Assembly: GCA_964016885.1 (NCBI GenBank)
Contig: OZ024743.1
Span: 203,794,001 to 203,858,000 of the forward strand
DNA from: Eledone cirrhosa
Taxonomy: Eukaryota
DNA length: 64,000 nucleotides
Direction: 5' to 3'
How positions within the stretch are numbered: position 1 is the stretch's first letter; the number at the start of each line of letters is the position of its first letter. The notes below the pieces were generated by a model. It saw only the letters and a program-made list of their open reading frames with translations, searched no databases and had not been told where the DNA came from. Shown here piece after piece: positions 1 through 11,938 of this stretch. A program made the translations under genes and the position numbers.

Positions 1-657
1 CTGCTGCTGCTGATGTTGTTGTTGCTGTTGTTGCTGCTGCTGCTGCTTGCTGCTGCTGTTGTTTATGCTGCTGCTGATGTTGTTCCGGCTGCTACTAGTG
101 TTTTCCTTGTCACTGTTGCTGCTGCTGCCGTTATTACGGCTGCTACTGCTATTCTTCATGACGTCAGATGAATGAAATGGCTTTGCGTATTTACCGCACA
201 CATTTTTCGTCGTTGTCGTCGTCGTGGAGGAATGTTCCACGGTATGCACGTTCTCTTGGTGAAAACTACCAGAAACTATATTTTTCTTTTTCTTTAAGGG
301 CGTCGCTTGCGAAAGAAGCGACACCACATTTAGAGAAGGGAGGGAGAGAGACAATCTTCTCTCTGATGTAATTACGATTGAGGAAGAAGAAGACGGAAAG
401 AGTGGGAGTGACTTGTGAACATTCTTTTTTATAGCCATGTTTTTTTTTTTACGGTTTAAAATGAATATTGGGCACAAAACCCCAATAAGCGGTTATTTAA
501 CCCCGAAGGGCCATATAAAGGGCAGAAAGACTCCTCTCACGAGGAGGAGGGTGTTTTTATCTACAATTTAGTTCAAGTTTTAAACGATTTACAATTGTTA
601 TAGCGGTTAAAAATTACTATACCTTACAGAGCCGCGCCTCCGTCAACCAGGGCATTC
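1..657 (-). mobile_element. 5' end (5'UTR and start of ORF1) of a Tx1/L1-like LINE running off the window edge
   Basis: ATG at 438-436 follows a poly-A run (aaaaaaaaaacATGGC), the same context as the ORF1 start of the neighbouring element at 6319. The frame stays open to position 1 and becomes S/N/Q low-complexity like the neighbour's ORF1 N-terminus. A similar aatatt(t)gggc..aaaa..cccaa hairpin lies upstream of both starts. Bounded by (AAT)n at 658-687. Confidence 0.7.
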
Positions 658-689
<32 letters not shown>

Positions 690-990
690 TTTCATTTATT
701 GGCCACAAGGGCCGACATATAGGGGACAATACAAAAGACTGGGACAGTGGGGTTTTACAGAAAAATCGAGTAAACAATATGAATAACAATAACAAAGTAA
801 CAATAAAGTAACAATAAAATTACAACAAAAAATTCCCCAATAGGAGGGATGACCACCTAGGGTTCGCTCAGGTACCCCCACCAGTCCTGAACGACCCAAA
901 GCCTCGAGAGCACCCCTCTCCTCTTCAAATTTACCTACCTACAGCCGCATGATCAGAGAAGGCCCACTCACTCGGGCCATTCCGCCACAT

Positions 991-3900
991 TCACCCACCT
1001 TCAGCAAATGTACTGGGGGGCAGCACTTCTCTCTCCACCCTCACCTTCCTTTCCAAGTGAAACTTGAAAAAGTTGATGAGGGATTGGCCGAAGAGAAAAG
1101 TGTCTGTCTTCAGTCCTTTCAACCTCGTCCACCATACAACCTCTTTCGCTACTGCCACCAGACAGAGGAAAATTGCTTGCCCTTCCTGGCCAAAAGAAGG
1201 CGGCGGGTCGATCTTCACTATGGACTCGGCCGATAGCCGGATCCGTTCTACACGCGACAACAGCTGTTCAACATAACTCCACAAGTCAGTAATGCACGGA
1301 CACTGGACGAGTGCGTGCAGAACGGTTTCGTCGCTCTGCGCGCATCTCGGGCAGGTCCGTCTGACAGCACTTCCGTACCTGTAGAGTTTATCTCGAACCG
1401 GCAGTGACCCCCGGTAGCACTGCAAAGCGAGGGATTTTTGGAAATTACCCATCGTCCCCGGCTCGAAAGTCCTCCGGTACAGACTGGTTAGTTCGACTTC
1501 GTTGACTCCCAGAGCCTCTCCGAGTGCGTCGTCGCACTCGCCCCCCACTAATCCTCTATATAACTCGAAGTTCCACTAACCGCATTGCCCGCCTGGTAGA
1601 GGGCAGTGAGTGCCTGGCAACATTCCAGATGCCAGTCACCCAGTCTTGGTCTCTTCTTGACCCAGGACTGCAACTCAGTCAAAGAAACGAGCTGCGGAAA
1701 GACCCTTCTGACAAACGGCGACCACACCTGTTCACCGTTTAGGCAGAATATCTGGAGATGCCGCAGCCTCAGCGCGTGCCTGCGCATCATTAGCCACAGC
1801 ATGCCCAGCCCTCCACGTAGAGGGTGCTATCAGCAGATGGACCGCCTCACCAGCGGAACCTGTCCCCTCCACAAGAATTTGAAGAGGAGCCGCTCCAAGA
1901 TGGCGAGGCGCGAACGGGGGCAAGGGACGACAGTCAGACGGTAATAGATGACGGACGCGATGTACGCGTTCGCCACCTCCTCCCCACCTTTCAGTGATAG
2001 CTTCATCCCAGCCTATTTCTGGGTGAGACTGACTACCCTGCCCGTCACCTCGTCCCAATTGTTATCCATCTGGAGGTCTGGCCCGAACCAAACCCCTAGC
2101 AACTTCACCGGTCCGTCCGTCCAGCGCCTAACGACGCTGTTGGTCGGCATGGACTTGCCTCTCCAGGTGCCGAGTTGCAAGCGCACTGACTTTTCCTGGT
2201 TAAGTTTTGCTCCCGTCAACCTTTCATATTCCTCCAATAAGTTGCCGTTCACCTCGATTTCTGAGGTGTCCGACACGGTGATGTCATCCGCATAAGCCGA
2301 CACAGCCTTTCCGCGTCCCGGTTCGAGCGGGATGCCCTGCAACAGCTCCAGCTTCCACAGTAAAGGCTTGAGAGTCAATACGTACAGAAGGGAGGAGAGA
2401 GGGCACCCTTGACAGACCGATCGAGAGACCTGAAACGGTTCCGAGAGGTGGCCATTAATTTTGACCATCGAGCAGGTGCCGCTGTGCATTGCAGCGATCC
2501 AGCTTCTGAAGACGGGGCCGAAGCCAGCCGCCTTGAGGACAGCCTCCAGGTACCGATGGTCGACCCTATCGAATGCTTTCGATTGATCTAAATTGATCAG
2601 AAGCCAGGTTTACACCGAAGCCAGGTTTACACACTACCCTCTCTATGATGTATCGCATTAGGTGGAGGTTGTCGTGTATGGACCTGGTTGGGATTGCGCA
2701 AGATTTCGCCTCCCCAACCAAATCCCCGACGACAAGCGCCAACCTCTTCGCTAACACCCTGGCCAAAATCTTAAGCTCTGTGTTGAGCTGAGTTATGGGC
2801 CTGAAATTCTCTAATGTGTCCCTCTTGTTCTCGTTTTTCCTTATCAGCGTCACTACGCCCGGACTCACAGAACTGGCAATACTCCCGTTTTGCTGCCAGT
2901 TGCAGTAGAGGGCTTCGAGGAGATTGGAGAACAAGTCTGGCATATTTACGTAAAGCTCGTAGGGCAGACCATCCAAACCGGGTGACTTGCGCCTCATGCA
3001 GCCGACAAGTGCATTCTGAATCTCGGCTGATGTAATTGGCCTTTCGCAGCGGCCAGCGTCAGCCGTCGAGAGTTGCGGCAAGCCATCGAGGTAGGGACTG
3101 AAATCCGCCACCATCTCTGACCCGCCACTTCCCCCGAACAACCGAGCAAAATGTTGACGAAAGGCCTCACACATCCTCTTGGAATCGCTCACCTCGTGCC
3201 CGTCTCGGTCCGTCAAAGACCGAATCGTGGTTTTATTACCACGCTGCGCCACTGCCACGCGGGCCCATCGAACAGCTTTGGTTCCCTCGTTTCTCAGAGC
3301 ACGCGCCTTAGCTCTGACAATGCAACCTTCGTGTTTCGCGTTGAAGAAATGGTCTAATGTCATTCTCGCCGCTAGCACATCAGTTGCAATGCCACTACCA
3401 TTAGCCTCGTCTAACTTATCTACCAACTCCCCCTCCTTTCTATTTTTCTCTAATGCTCCTTCTTTGCTAAACTCTATCGACATTACTCTATCTCTCTTTT
3501 GAGAGCCCCCCCCCACCATCTATTGTTGACGACTCCCCCTGTCAACTTTTTCTTAACTAAATTGTTGACCTGGTCCCTGTAAGCCTTACGTGCCGGATAT
3601 GACATGTTAAGCTTCCAGTAACCAGGTCCTAAACTACGCGTCTTATCTCGGTCGACCATACAGATCAAAAACTTGTGATCTGAATAGGCGACCGTTTCAA
3701 AACGTGGACAGCTTACACTATTTCTGTCTATTTTCCTAATGAATATCCTGTCTATATACGATCTAGATGACCCTATGCGGTTAGCCCAGGTCCACACTGG
3801 CGCATAAGGGAAATCTAGTCGGTATCTGTCAGAGAGTTGGCACGGGCTGATCAGGTTCTTGAGGCTGTTGCAGCCCCCGCTCCTATCGGATACTCCCACA

Positions 3901-4354
3901 CAGTCCCAGCGTGCGTCTAAGATGCCGTTCCAGTCCCCCGCTAACAGTAAAGGGCGAGACGTACCCAGAAAGGCTTCCAGGCGTCTAAAGAAGTCCGGCC
4001 GTCCTGCCCCAGTAGGAGCATAGACGGCCACCAGTCTAAAGCACCACCTTCATTATTGTTCACGTCCAGGACCACCAACTTCCCGTCAGGGTCCCGGAAG
4101 ATCGACCTTACCTCGAGATCCAGGCCTTTCCTAAACAGCACTGCCACCCCGCCTCCCATTCCGGACCGGCTAACAGATGCAAAGATCTGATAGTCGTCGA
4201 AACTGGGGGCTAATGAGCGCGTGTCGGAAATCCTGGTCTCGCTGACTGCAATTACATCCATTTCTATAGACCCGAGGTCGTTGAGTAGGTGACCCTGCTT
4301 CCAGGTCGATCCAAGGCCTTGAACATTTAAACATCCTACTCTTAATACGGCCAT
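991..4354 (-). pseudogene. Tx1 LINE ORF2 (APE endonuclease + reverse transcriptase + zinc finger), frameshifted
   Basis: MAVLRVGCLNVQGL, VYAP, GDWN, SYIDR and SDH APE motifs. RT YADD in 2013-2489. Pieces lie in several frames. Confidence 0.9.
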
Positions 4355-4385
4355 GTTGGCAGGTTAAACAGAGAGAGAGGAAGGT

Positions 4386-6319
4386 TTACTTACCTTCTGG
4401 GATCTTGTGAAGGTCGGGTTGGTCGACCTCCATAGTTAGTGGTGTTTGTTTTGTGAACCCCTTTAAAAGTCTTGAAGTGGGCTTTACGTTCGGGGTTCCG
4501 ACGTCCCGAGGAAAGCTGTCTCTAATTTCTTTGAATATGTCGAGCGACATTCGCACCAGAACCAGATCTTCCGGCACGCGAAATGTGCTCGATTTAAAAA
4601 TGTCCCCCTCTTTTTGTATATTTTCACTTCGTACTACGAGGGCCATCAGTTCCTTGTTGGCCCTCCTGACGAGAACGAAGTTTTGTATGTTTTGTTGGTG
4701 TGATTTTATTTGTTTGCGTGGCTGTGGTGGTGATCGTTTTGGTGGTGTTGTTTCGGTTGTATCTGTGTTTGTTGTGAGTGCGGTGTCTGTGGTTTCAGAT
4801 GTTTGTGTGTATATTTGTTCTTGCGTCTGTTTCGGTTGTTTGCGTTTGGGGGATTCTGGTGATGGTGATGGTGGTGTTGATGTTGGTGTTATTGGAGAGA
4901 TGTTTGCGTGGGTGGTGTCTGCGTTTTTTATTGTGGGTGCTTTGTTGAGTTTTTTTTTCTTTTTGTGTTTCCTTTTTTGTATTTTGGGGGATTTTGGATT
5001 TCCCTCATTTTCCCTACTGGTAGATGAGGGGGTCTGTTTCTGTAAGTTTGTCTGTATGTATGTTTATAGTTTTATTGGTGTGTGTATTTTCGGGGGGAGG
5101 GGGAATTTGACAGCTTTCCTCGTTTCCCCCCTTGGTGGTCAATGTTGGTGGTGGTCTTTCTATTGGTGTTGTTGTTGGTGGTTTTGCCGGTGCTGGTGTT
5201 GGTTGTGGTCCTCGCCCCGGCGTCGGCAGCAGTGGAGCCTTTCAACCTCTTGCCTCTTTCAGCAGTTGAGGGCAGAAGGCTCGCAAATGGGTCTTTTCCC
5301 CACAAACAAAACACTGCGGCCTTTTGCCTTCGGTCATAATGTGAATGACCGTCCCATTCTGAAGGCGGATGTGGTCTGAGATTGTCTTCACATTCTCAGG
5401 TCTGATCTGGAGAGGGATCTCCAGGTCAACCCCAGACCAGTCCTCTCTGGCCGTTCTGGTCACTTCTATAGGGATGGTATCCGTCCCCTCCATAATCACA
5501 CATCCCAGAAGCCACCACATGTCACCGTTCTTTTTCCTATGTGGGAGGGGTACATTATGACCTTGCTGGTTTGTCAAGGAGTCATAGCGTGTTTCATAGC
5601 GAGGGCTTCTGACTTGCACAAAACTGAAATGGTGCCGTACTGTCTGCCCCTCTCTATGTACTGGGTGTCTTCTCTGATGCACCTCAGCGCGACTTCGATA
5701 TCTTCTTGTGGGATTAAAGCTGCCTTTTTGGTTTGTGCTGAGATGCATCTATAATGCACCGTTTTGTGCTCCACTGCCTCAATAGCTTCTACCGGGACAG
5801 TTAAGTTGACCCAAGTTTGCTCTTGCTTGATGAGCTTCCATGCCTGTGTCAACTTTTCATCTTTGTTTGAGAGGTCCATGTTGTAGCATGGCCTCTTTTT
5901 TGCTGCTGCCGCAGCGAAATTGGCCTTGTTTTCGTTGGGGGTGTTGTTGACGTTGTTCTTGTTGGTGTTGTTGTTATCACTGTCGCTGTTATCATTGTTG
6001 TCTTTGTTGCCACCGTTGTTCTCGGTGCAGTTGGTATTGTTGCTGTTGGTGTTGTCAGTATTTGTTTTCATGTTAGTGGTGTTGATATTGTTGTTGTGTT
6101 TGTTATTTTTTTTTTGTTATCTGTATTTTCGTTGTCGCTGTTACTGTCATTTTTTTCAAAATTAGAGTTCCCATTGGTATCATTGGTGTCTTTGTTTACC
6201 TTGTTTGTGATGGTGTTTGTGTTATCAATGTGTGTTAATTTCGCTGTAGCGCTCCTCTCAACTTCTACGTCGTTGTGGTACGACAGCAGACATATCGCTG
6301 GGGGGCGTGGCTCAGCCAT
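4386..6319 (-). pseudogene. Tx1 LINE ORF1 (gag-like, zinc knuckle), broken by frameshifts
   Basis: ORF pieces 6068-6349, 5574-6071, 5242-5748, 5072-5314 and 4386-4646. N/T-rich low-complexity N-terminus and a CX2CX4HX4C knuckle. Confidence 0.8.
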
Positions 6320-6543
6320 GTTTTTTTTTCTTCGTAAATTTTTTAACATGTAAAAAAAAGTTCAAATATTTGGGCCAAAAGGCCCAAATATTATACTTTC
6401 CCCTTCACGGGGCAAAGTCTAAGGGCTTATATCCCTTACACAACAAGAAATATTTAACAACAAATAATTTAAACAGGCAAATAATGCGACTTACTGGGAG
6501 CGAGCAAAATACGTCCGCTTAGACCAATAATAATAATAATAAT

Positions 6544-6865
6544 TTCTTTATTAGACACATAGGGTTCACATTAAGGAAACATTAAAGACGGTACAGGACA
6601 AGACAGTGCGGATTTTTTAATGTAAAATAAAATTTATAAGCGAGACTAAGAAAATAAACATTTAAAACAAACATAACAAATTCCCCAAATGTGAGGAGAC
6701 TCCAAGAATCACTCGTGTAGAAATCCCATAAAAGCCACGGTCACTCTGTCCGCTAGGTCAAGGTGCCCTCTCCCAGTTGTTCCCCAATCTACAGGCGTAT
6801 GCAAAAGGCAGGCCCATTCATACGGACAATGCTCGCCATTCTCACCCCCCTTTCCACAAACTCGT
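6544..6865 (-). mobile_element. 5'-truncated 3' end of a third, diverged Tx1-like LINE
   Basis: Aligns by eye with 690-1015 (tttattagacacataggg vs tttattggccacaaggg; ggcccattca vs ggcccactca). Ends in AATAAA + (ATT)n at 6526-6543. Confidence 0.75.
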
Positions 6866-7601
6866 TAATAATAGAAGAAAAAATTAATTACATTGTTTCT
6901 GACTATTCCATCTTCGTTGAAAAATAAGACATCCACATAACAAGGTTGGGGTTTACTGTCCAGCGACATTTATGCCACTATCATGAAATAACCACAGAAA
7001 ATGGCTCACTGAATGACAAAATAACATCTTGTATAGAGATTATCTCTTATTCTATGATACTCATTGTAGAAATTGTTTATGTGGTATGATAAATATATAT
7101 ATACATATACACCAGGTCCAAACACAATGGAACCAAACTTCCACTGTCACTGCTTCCGTCTCTCCCCATATAATCTTGAATAGGTTAATATTTACAAACA
7201 GGGAGATCAAAATTAATTGACCAAATATTTTTGTCAAAGACAAACAAGATATGAAATGCCTCCTAATCTATGTATTAGTCACAACAGTTGATAGTATATC
7301 ATTCAGGAATATAAAGATCTGAAAATAAATATAAACCATATGTTGGAGCTGAAATGAGAAACATTTCCAGAGAAAATAGCAATACTAGAGAAGTGTACCG
7401 AAATTACGTAAAGGCCTTCAATATACTGGAATGAAGAACACCAAAATAGAACACTGCATCCACTCAATTCAGAAAGGGCTGCACTCAGTAACGTAGTAGT
7501 AGTAGTAGTAGTAGTAGTTGGTAAGTTACTAATAATAGTAGTTGGTAAGTTACTAATAGTTGTATTAAATATTTTAAGTGAGTGAAAGTCAAAGTGTTTC
7601 C

Positions 7602-8007
7602 TTAACCTATAGTAAAAAGAATGGTTAGAATTAATAAGCAAGAGATGTAGATATTTGAGCCTGCTTTTATCCCGTCTGAGTCCGATTTGAGGGTTGTTGA
7701 ATCTGCTTGATTGATTGTTTCACTTTTGATAGTTTTTGTTTCATGGTAGTCATTGTTTGTGACATTCCCCACAGTTGAGCCTGCTTTTACACCCTCTGAG
7801 TCCGACATGTGGGTTGTTGAATCTGCTTGATTGATTGTTTCACTTTTGATAGTATTTGTTTCATTCTCCACAGATGGTAAATTGGAGGTGATTAATAGAC
7901 ACTTCTTCGGCAACTGTTCATAGTAATATTCACGAATTACTTTATTAAATTCATCTGAACAGTTCAGTGCCTTGTAAATGAACATGTCAATGAGATATTT
8001 CCATAAT
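7602..8007 (-). CDS. Gene A coding exon 5 (terminal): Cys-rich domain end, S/T-rich repeated stalk and hydrophobic C-terminus (GPI signal-like)
   Basis: Acceptor ttttatctttacag, phase-2 join CC|A giving ..KCP-LWKYLIDMF.., stop at 7602. Homologous to 50606-50801. Confidence 0.88.
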
Positions 8008-8508
8008 CTGTAAAGATAAAAATTGAAAAAAACAAGTTTCTTAGTTTACATAGAATTTTCAAGAGAGTAAATTACAGCAAATGAATTACACCAATATACA
8101 TAGTAGAAATACAACTTGATGTGAAAATGGATTGAATATTTAATGTTTAAAACAGAATTGAATATTTACAAGAGGATTAAATACGTTACAATTAATACTC
8201 CCGGCTTTTTAAATATGCCTTAACATTGAATATTGAGACATTTTATGACAAGACCATTAGAACTTACGGAATTATTCGGGAAATATAGTATATAAGATTC
8301 AAGACAGCAGTGGATTGGCAGAGTCATTAGAGCATCGAGAAAATGCGTGATAGCTCGGTACGTAAGCTTTATTCCATCGTTATGTTGTTCTGTTTTTTTT
8401 TCTGTTAAAATTCTAGATTTCTGAAGAGGTCATAGCTGTTGCATAATGGTTATCACCGAAATATATATAACAGAGACTATGCTTCCAGCAGAAACAAGGG
8501 GGACAATA

Positions 8509-8547
8509 GTCGATGCATTTCAGACTTAACCGGTCTTCTTCAGGACG
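8509..8547 (-). ncRNA. Minimal type I hammerhead ribozyme motif
   Basis: Minus strand: gtc CTGAAGA agac-cggttaa-gtct GAAA tgca TC gac. Stems I and II pair and stem III is palindromic. Confidence 0.65.
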
Positions 8548-8728
8548 ATGCCTCCCACACTTGCGACTGCTGGAGTTGAAAACAGTCCAGAATATATAGT
8601 TTTCTCGTCTGCGTAAATGAAAGGATTAATCTCATTTGCATATGAAGCTGCATAAGTTGAATCAACTCAAAACAGAATAGAATTAGGATTTAGCTTCAGG
8701 CATATTTATATATATATATATATATATA

Positions 8729-11159
8729 CAAAAGAGAGAAATAGGACGAAGGTAAACAGTTACAAAAGGATTTAATCCACGTATTAACAATTGTTTCATC
8801 AGAATTTCAGTCCATTATTGCTACACTATGTCATAATAGGCAATCAAGAAAGATACTGTGACCTCCGAATTTTCAAAATACAGAGTTGAAATGACCTTAG
8901 GAAATGAAATAAGGGGTAGTAGTGTAAGGTAGAGGAACAGAGAGAGAGAGGGGCAAAAGAGAGGGAGAGAGAGAGAGAGAAAAGGGACGGTGGTAGGGAG
9001 AGAAAGAGAAAGATATAGGGTCGTGTGAGAGGATTTGTATAGAATATAGTTAAGTTACAAGAAGGGGGGGGGGGATTGTGTGCTAAAAGTTGTGATGAGT
9101 AGAGGGAGAGATAAGGAAGATAGAATTTTAAGTGGCATTTGGTAGTGGACAGGCAAAAGTTTTACCAGAGAATAGATGAAGGAAGAAAGTATTAAATTTC
9201 ATGTATAGTCTATTTTTAGGAGTGTAGAATTGTTATTTAGGGTAGAAAAGTAGTGTTAAGATTTAGTTGAAGGTTTGAAGTGTGAGAATTTCGCTTTCAG
9301 TTTATGCTGGCAAAAGATTGACCTTTCAATTTTGTTGTTGAGTAGTTGGTGGCCTGAGCTTAGGATATGGAAGAGCTCATTATTACACAACGGGCACATT
9401 TTCATCCCACTCCGGTATGGAGGAGCATGTGAGAGTTTGGTCCATTTAAGGGTGTATTGTCGGTTACTCCCTTTTAAGTGCCAAATTTTGTCGGCGAGGG
9501 TCGTTACGTAACGGTGTTGGGGGTGCTTTATTGCGTAACGATGCGTGTACCAACGAGTTTTGAAGGTGTTTTCAGTGCTGCCTATGTAGTGCCAGGTTTG
9601 GTTGTCCGACTCAACAGAGCACCTGTACACTAGGTTTGAATGCAAACATTCGTTATTCAATGGACAAGTCTCTGGAAGGTGGCAATTACAATTTCTGTTA
9701 TGGGCAGTGGTGGAGTTATAGGTGGGCTGGGATGTGTGTGTGAGTGTGTTTTGTGCATACTGTTTGTTAGTGGGTGGCTGTGTATTAGTGATTGGGGTGT
9801 TGTTGTTACGGAGTTACACTTTCCAAATTCACATAAATATAGTAGTATACTCAATACCAAAACAATTAGACTATCTTATTCCACTGCACCAAACCTAGAC
9901 GCACACATTAAGATGCTCAACGCCAAAAAACTCCGTAACAACAACACCCCAATCACTCAACACAATAATACACCTAATACACAACCACCCACTAACAAAC
10001 AGTATGCACAAAACACACTCACACACACATCCCAGCCCACCTATAACTCCACCACTGCCCATAACAGAAATTGTAATTGCCACCTTCCAGAGACTTGTCC
10101 AATGAATAACGAATGTTTGCATTCAAACCTAGTGTACAGGTGCTCGGTTGAGTCGGACAACCAAACCTGGTACTACATAGGCAGCACTGCAAACACCTTC
10201 AAAACTCGTTGGTACACGCATCGTTACGCAATAAAGCACCCCCAACACCGTTACGTAACGACCCTCGCCGACAAAATTTGGCACTTAAAAGGGAGTAACC
10301 GACAATACACACTTAAATGGACCAAACTCTCACATGCTCCTCCATACCGGAGTGGGATGAAAATGTGCCCGTTGTGTAATAATGAGGTCTTCCATATCCT
10401 AAGCTCAGGCCACCAACTACTCAACAACAAAATTGAAAGGTCAATCTTTTGCCAGCATAAACTGAAAGCGAAATTCTCACACTTCAAACCTTCAACTAAA
10501 TCTTAACACTACTTTTCTACCCTAAATAACAATTCTACACTCCTAAAAATAGACTATATATGAAATTTAATACTTTCTTCCTTCATCTATTCTCTGGTAA
10601 AACTTTTGCCTGTCCACTACCAAATGCCACTTAAAATTCTATCTTCCTTATCTCTCCCTCTACTCATCACAACTTTTAGCACACAATCCTCCTCCCCCTC
10701 CCTTCTTGTAACTTAACTATATTCTATACAAATCCTCTCACACGACCCTATCTCTTTCTCTCCCTACCTCCGTCCCTTTTCTCTCTCTCTCTCTCCCTCT
10801 CTTTTGACCCTCTTTCTCTCTGTTCCTCTACCTTACACTACTACCCCTTATTTCATTTCCTAAGGTCATTTCAACTTTGTATTTTGAAAATTCGGATGTC
10901 ACAGTATCTTTCTTGATTGCCTATTATGACATAGTGTAGCAATAATGGACTGAAATTCTGATGAAACAATTGTTAATACGTGGATTAAATCCTTTTGTAA
11001 CTGTTTACCTTCGTCCTATTTCTCTTTTTTGATTACACTCCTCGTTTGTTCGTGTTTCCACCACAGAATCCCTACCAACCTGTCGAGTCACCTTAACGTA
11101 TGTTGAAAACTTTCCTCACAACTTGTTCTACCAAGCTTTGGAATATTCCTAATTACTGA

Positions 11160-11160
<1 letters not shown>
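8729..11160. mobile_element. Penelope-like element 3' part (GIY-YIG endonuclease + 3'UTR) present as an inverted duplication
   Basis: Arms 8729-9815 (-) and ~9929-11030 (+) are near-identical. CNC..CP...CL..LVY..YIG..FK.RW..H GIY-YIG motif in ORFs 9256-9660 and 9640-10506. Flanked by (TA)n. Confidence 0.92.
10879..10979 (+). ncRNA. Hammerhead ribozyme motif with U3-A8 core (mirror copy at 8781-8881, minus)
   Basis: gtatt TTGAAAA t-tcgga..tctga-t GAAA caattg TT aatac. 5-bp stem I and palindromic stem III. Confidence 0.6.
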
Positions 11161-11258
<98 letters not shown>

Positions 11259-11434
11259 TATATACATATATATATACATTTCTATACATATATATATATA
11301 TATATAGATATATATATATATATATGTTTGTGTGTGTATATATGCATGTATATATATATGTATATATTATATATATACATATATACATACATATATACAT
11401 TTATATATATATACATATACATTTATATATAGTA

Positions 11435-11895
11435 TAAAAGAGAAAACACAGGTAAGCATTAAGAGAAGGATTTTATCCAGGTATTTACGACCGTTTCGTT
11501 GGTAAGTGCAACCTTATATTGCTATACTGCAAATAGCAGCCACTCAATTATAATTGTTGTTCACAGTCTAAATTTCCAAAATAGTAAGTTACTCTTGAAA
11601 TAATTGTTAATATATAGAGAAAAACATTTATTTGAAATTGTATTTACTAGTATCGAGAGAGAGGAATCAGAAGGTGACGGGACAAACGGAATAGTATAGA
11701 GAGAGAGGAAGGGCGAAGAGGTAGGAAGTAGAGTGACAAACTGAGATGGAGGGAGGGGTAGAGGTGGAAGGATTCTTTGGTTAGTTTTGATAGCAGACTT
11801 CATGTCGTGGAATGTAGTGAGTTAAAGAGAATTAAATTGTTCATAGTGGGAGGGATGGATAGAGAGGGATAGCGGGAGGGGGGAGATATAAAGAA

Positions 11896-11938
<43 letters not shown>

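Larger units (their letters stand above)
688..6525 (-). mobile_element. Near full-length, frameshifted L1/Tx1-clade non-LTR retrotransposon
   Basis: ORF1 fragments contain a CCHC knuckle (CFVCGEKTHLRAFC). ORF2 fragments contain an APE endonuclease, RT motifs (KSPGLDGLP, NFRPITQLN, QGCPLS, YADD) and a C-terminal CPRC..ETVLHALVQC zinc motif. AATAAA followed by (ATT)n at the 3' end. Confidence 0.93.

Noticed and set aside
4453-5379. 308-aa hydrophobic plus-strand ORF
   Set aside because: Antisense shadow of the low-complexity LINE ORF1.
7303-7601. TISNLPT repeats downstream of the gene A stop, echoing coding ITSNLPS
   Set aside because: Different frame, after the stop codon and merging into a (TAG)n microsatellite; no splice support.
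9640-10506. 288-aa ORF appearing to fuse a novel N-terminus to GIY-YIG
   Set aside because: The N-terminal part is the antisense read of the inverted arm running through the palindrome junction.
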